A DNA stretch of 63,494 bases, filler included, from Choristocarpus tenellus KU-1152 (taxonomy: Eukaryota; Protista; Phaeophyceae), in the NCBI GenBank assembly GCA_964200185.2. It is 7 parts of 7 records of this genome, joined end to end, with 100 filler letters (N's around TTAATTAATTAA, not from the genome) between each part and the next. Parts side by side here need not be neighbours in the genome. Positions count along the whole stretch, not along the records: positions 60,796 to 63,494 come from CAXNAD020025536.1; 6 more parts are not named here. One strand, written 5' to 3'. Position 1 is the stretch's first letter. Each line of letters starts with the position of its first letter. Below are positions 63,450 to 63,494 of this stretch, piece after piece. A program made the position numbers and the translations under genes. The notes beneath the pieces were generated by a model. The model saw only the letters and a list, made by a program, of their open reading frames with translations. It made no database searches and was not told the DNA's origin.

Positions 63450-63494
63450 CGGAGGCATAATGTGGCCCCACAGTCAGAGCGGGAAAAAAGCTAC

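Overview
Eukaryotic, intron-rich nuclear DNA, probably from an ochrophyte/stramenopile alga; this is inferred from gene content and style and is not proven. The window is seven contigs joined by artificial 100-bp N/TTAATTAATTAA linkers, so adjacency across linkers is unproven. From 1 to 7.5 kb there is a transposon graveyard: a decayed Tc1/IS630-type transposase, a foldback element, a non-LTR RLE remnant, nested MITEs and a 62-bp satellite. Exon-by-exon reconstruction then gives an SRSF1/4/5/6-type SR splicing factor (-), the 3' half of a PES/ELT-type acyltransferase (+), a vezatin-like protein (-) head-to-head with DNA polymerase delta POLD1 (+, 21 exons), two orphan coiled-coil exons, the cohesin regulator PDS5 (+, 19 exons), the last two exons of an SLC25 carrier (-) and the last exon of a BART-domain protein (+). 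The most unusual signals are in splicing architecture: about a quarter of the reconstructed 3' splice sites are AAG, including one preceded by poly(A) instead of a pyrimidine tract, with extreme phase-0 bias and GC donors. Other notable signals are a family of TIR elements sharing a GRGNNAAAGTATC-like terminus with 3-bp TSDs (self-nested, and down to 43 bp), and CpG-island-like promoters in an otherwise CpG-poor sequence. All counts were made by eye, and no RNA data or database search was available.
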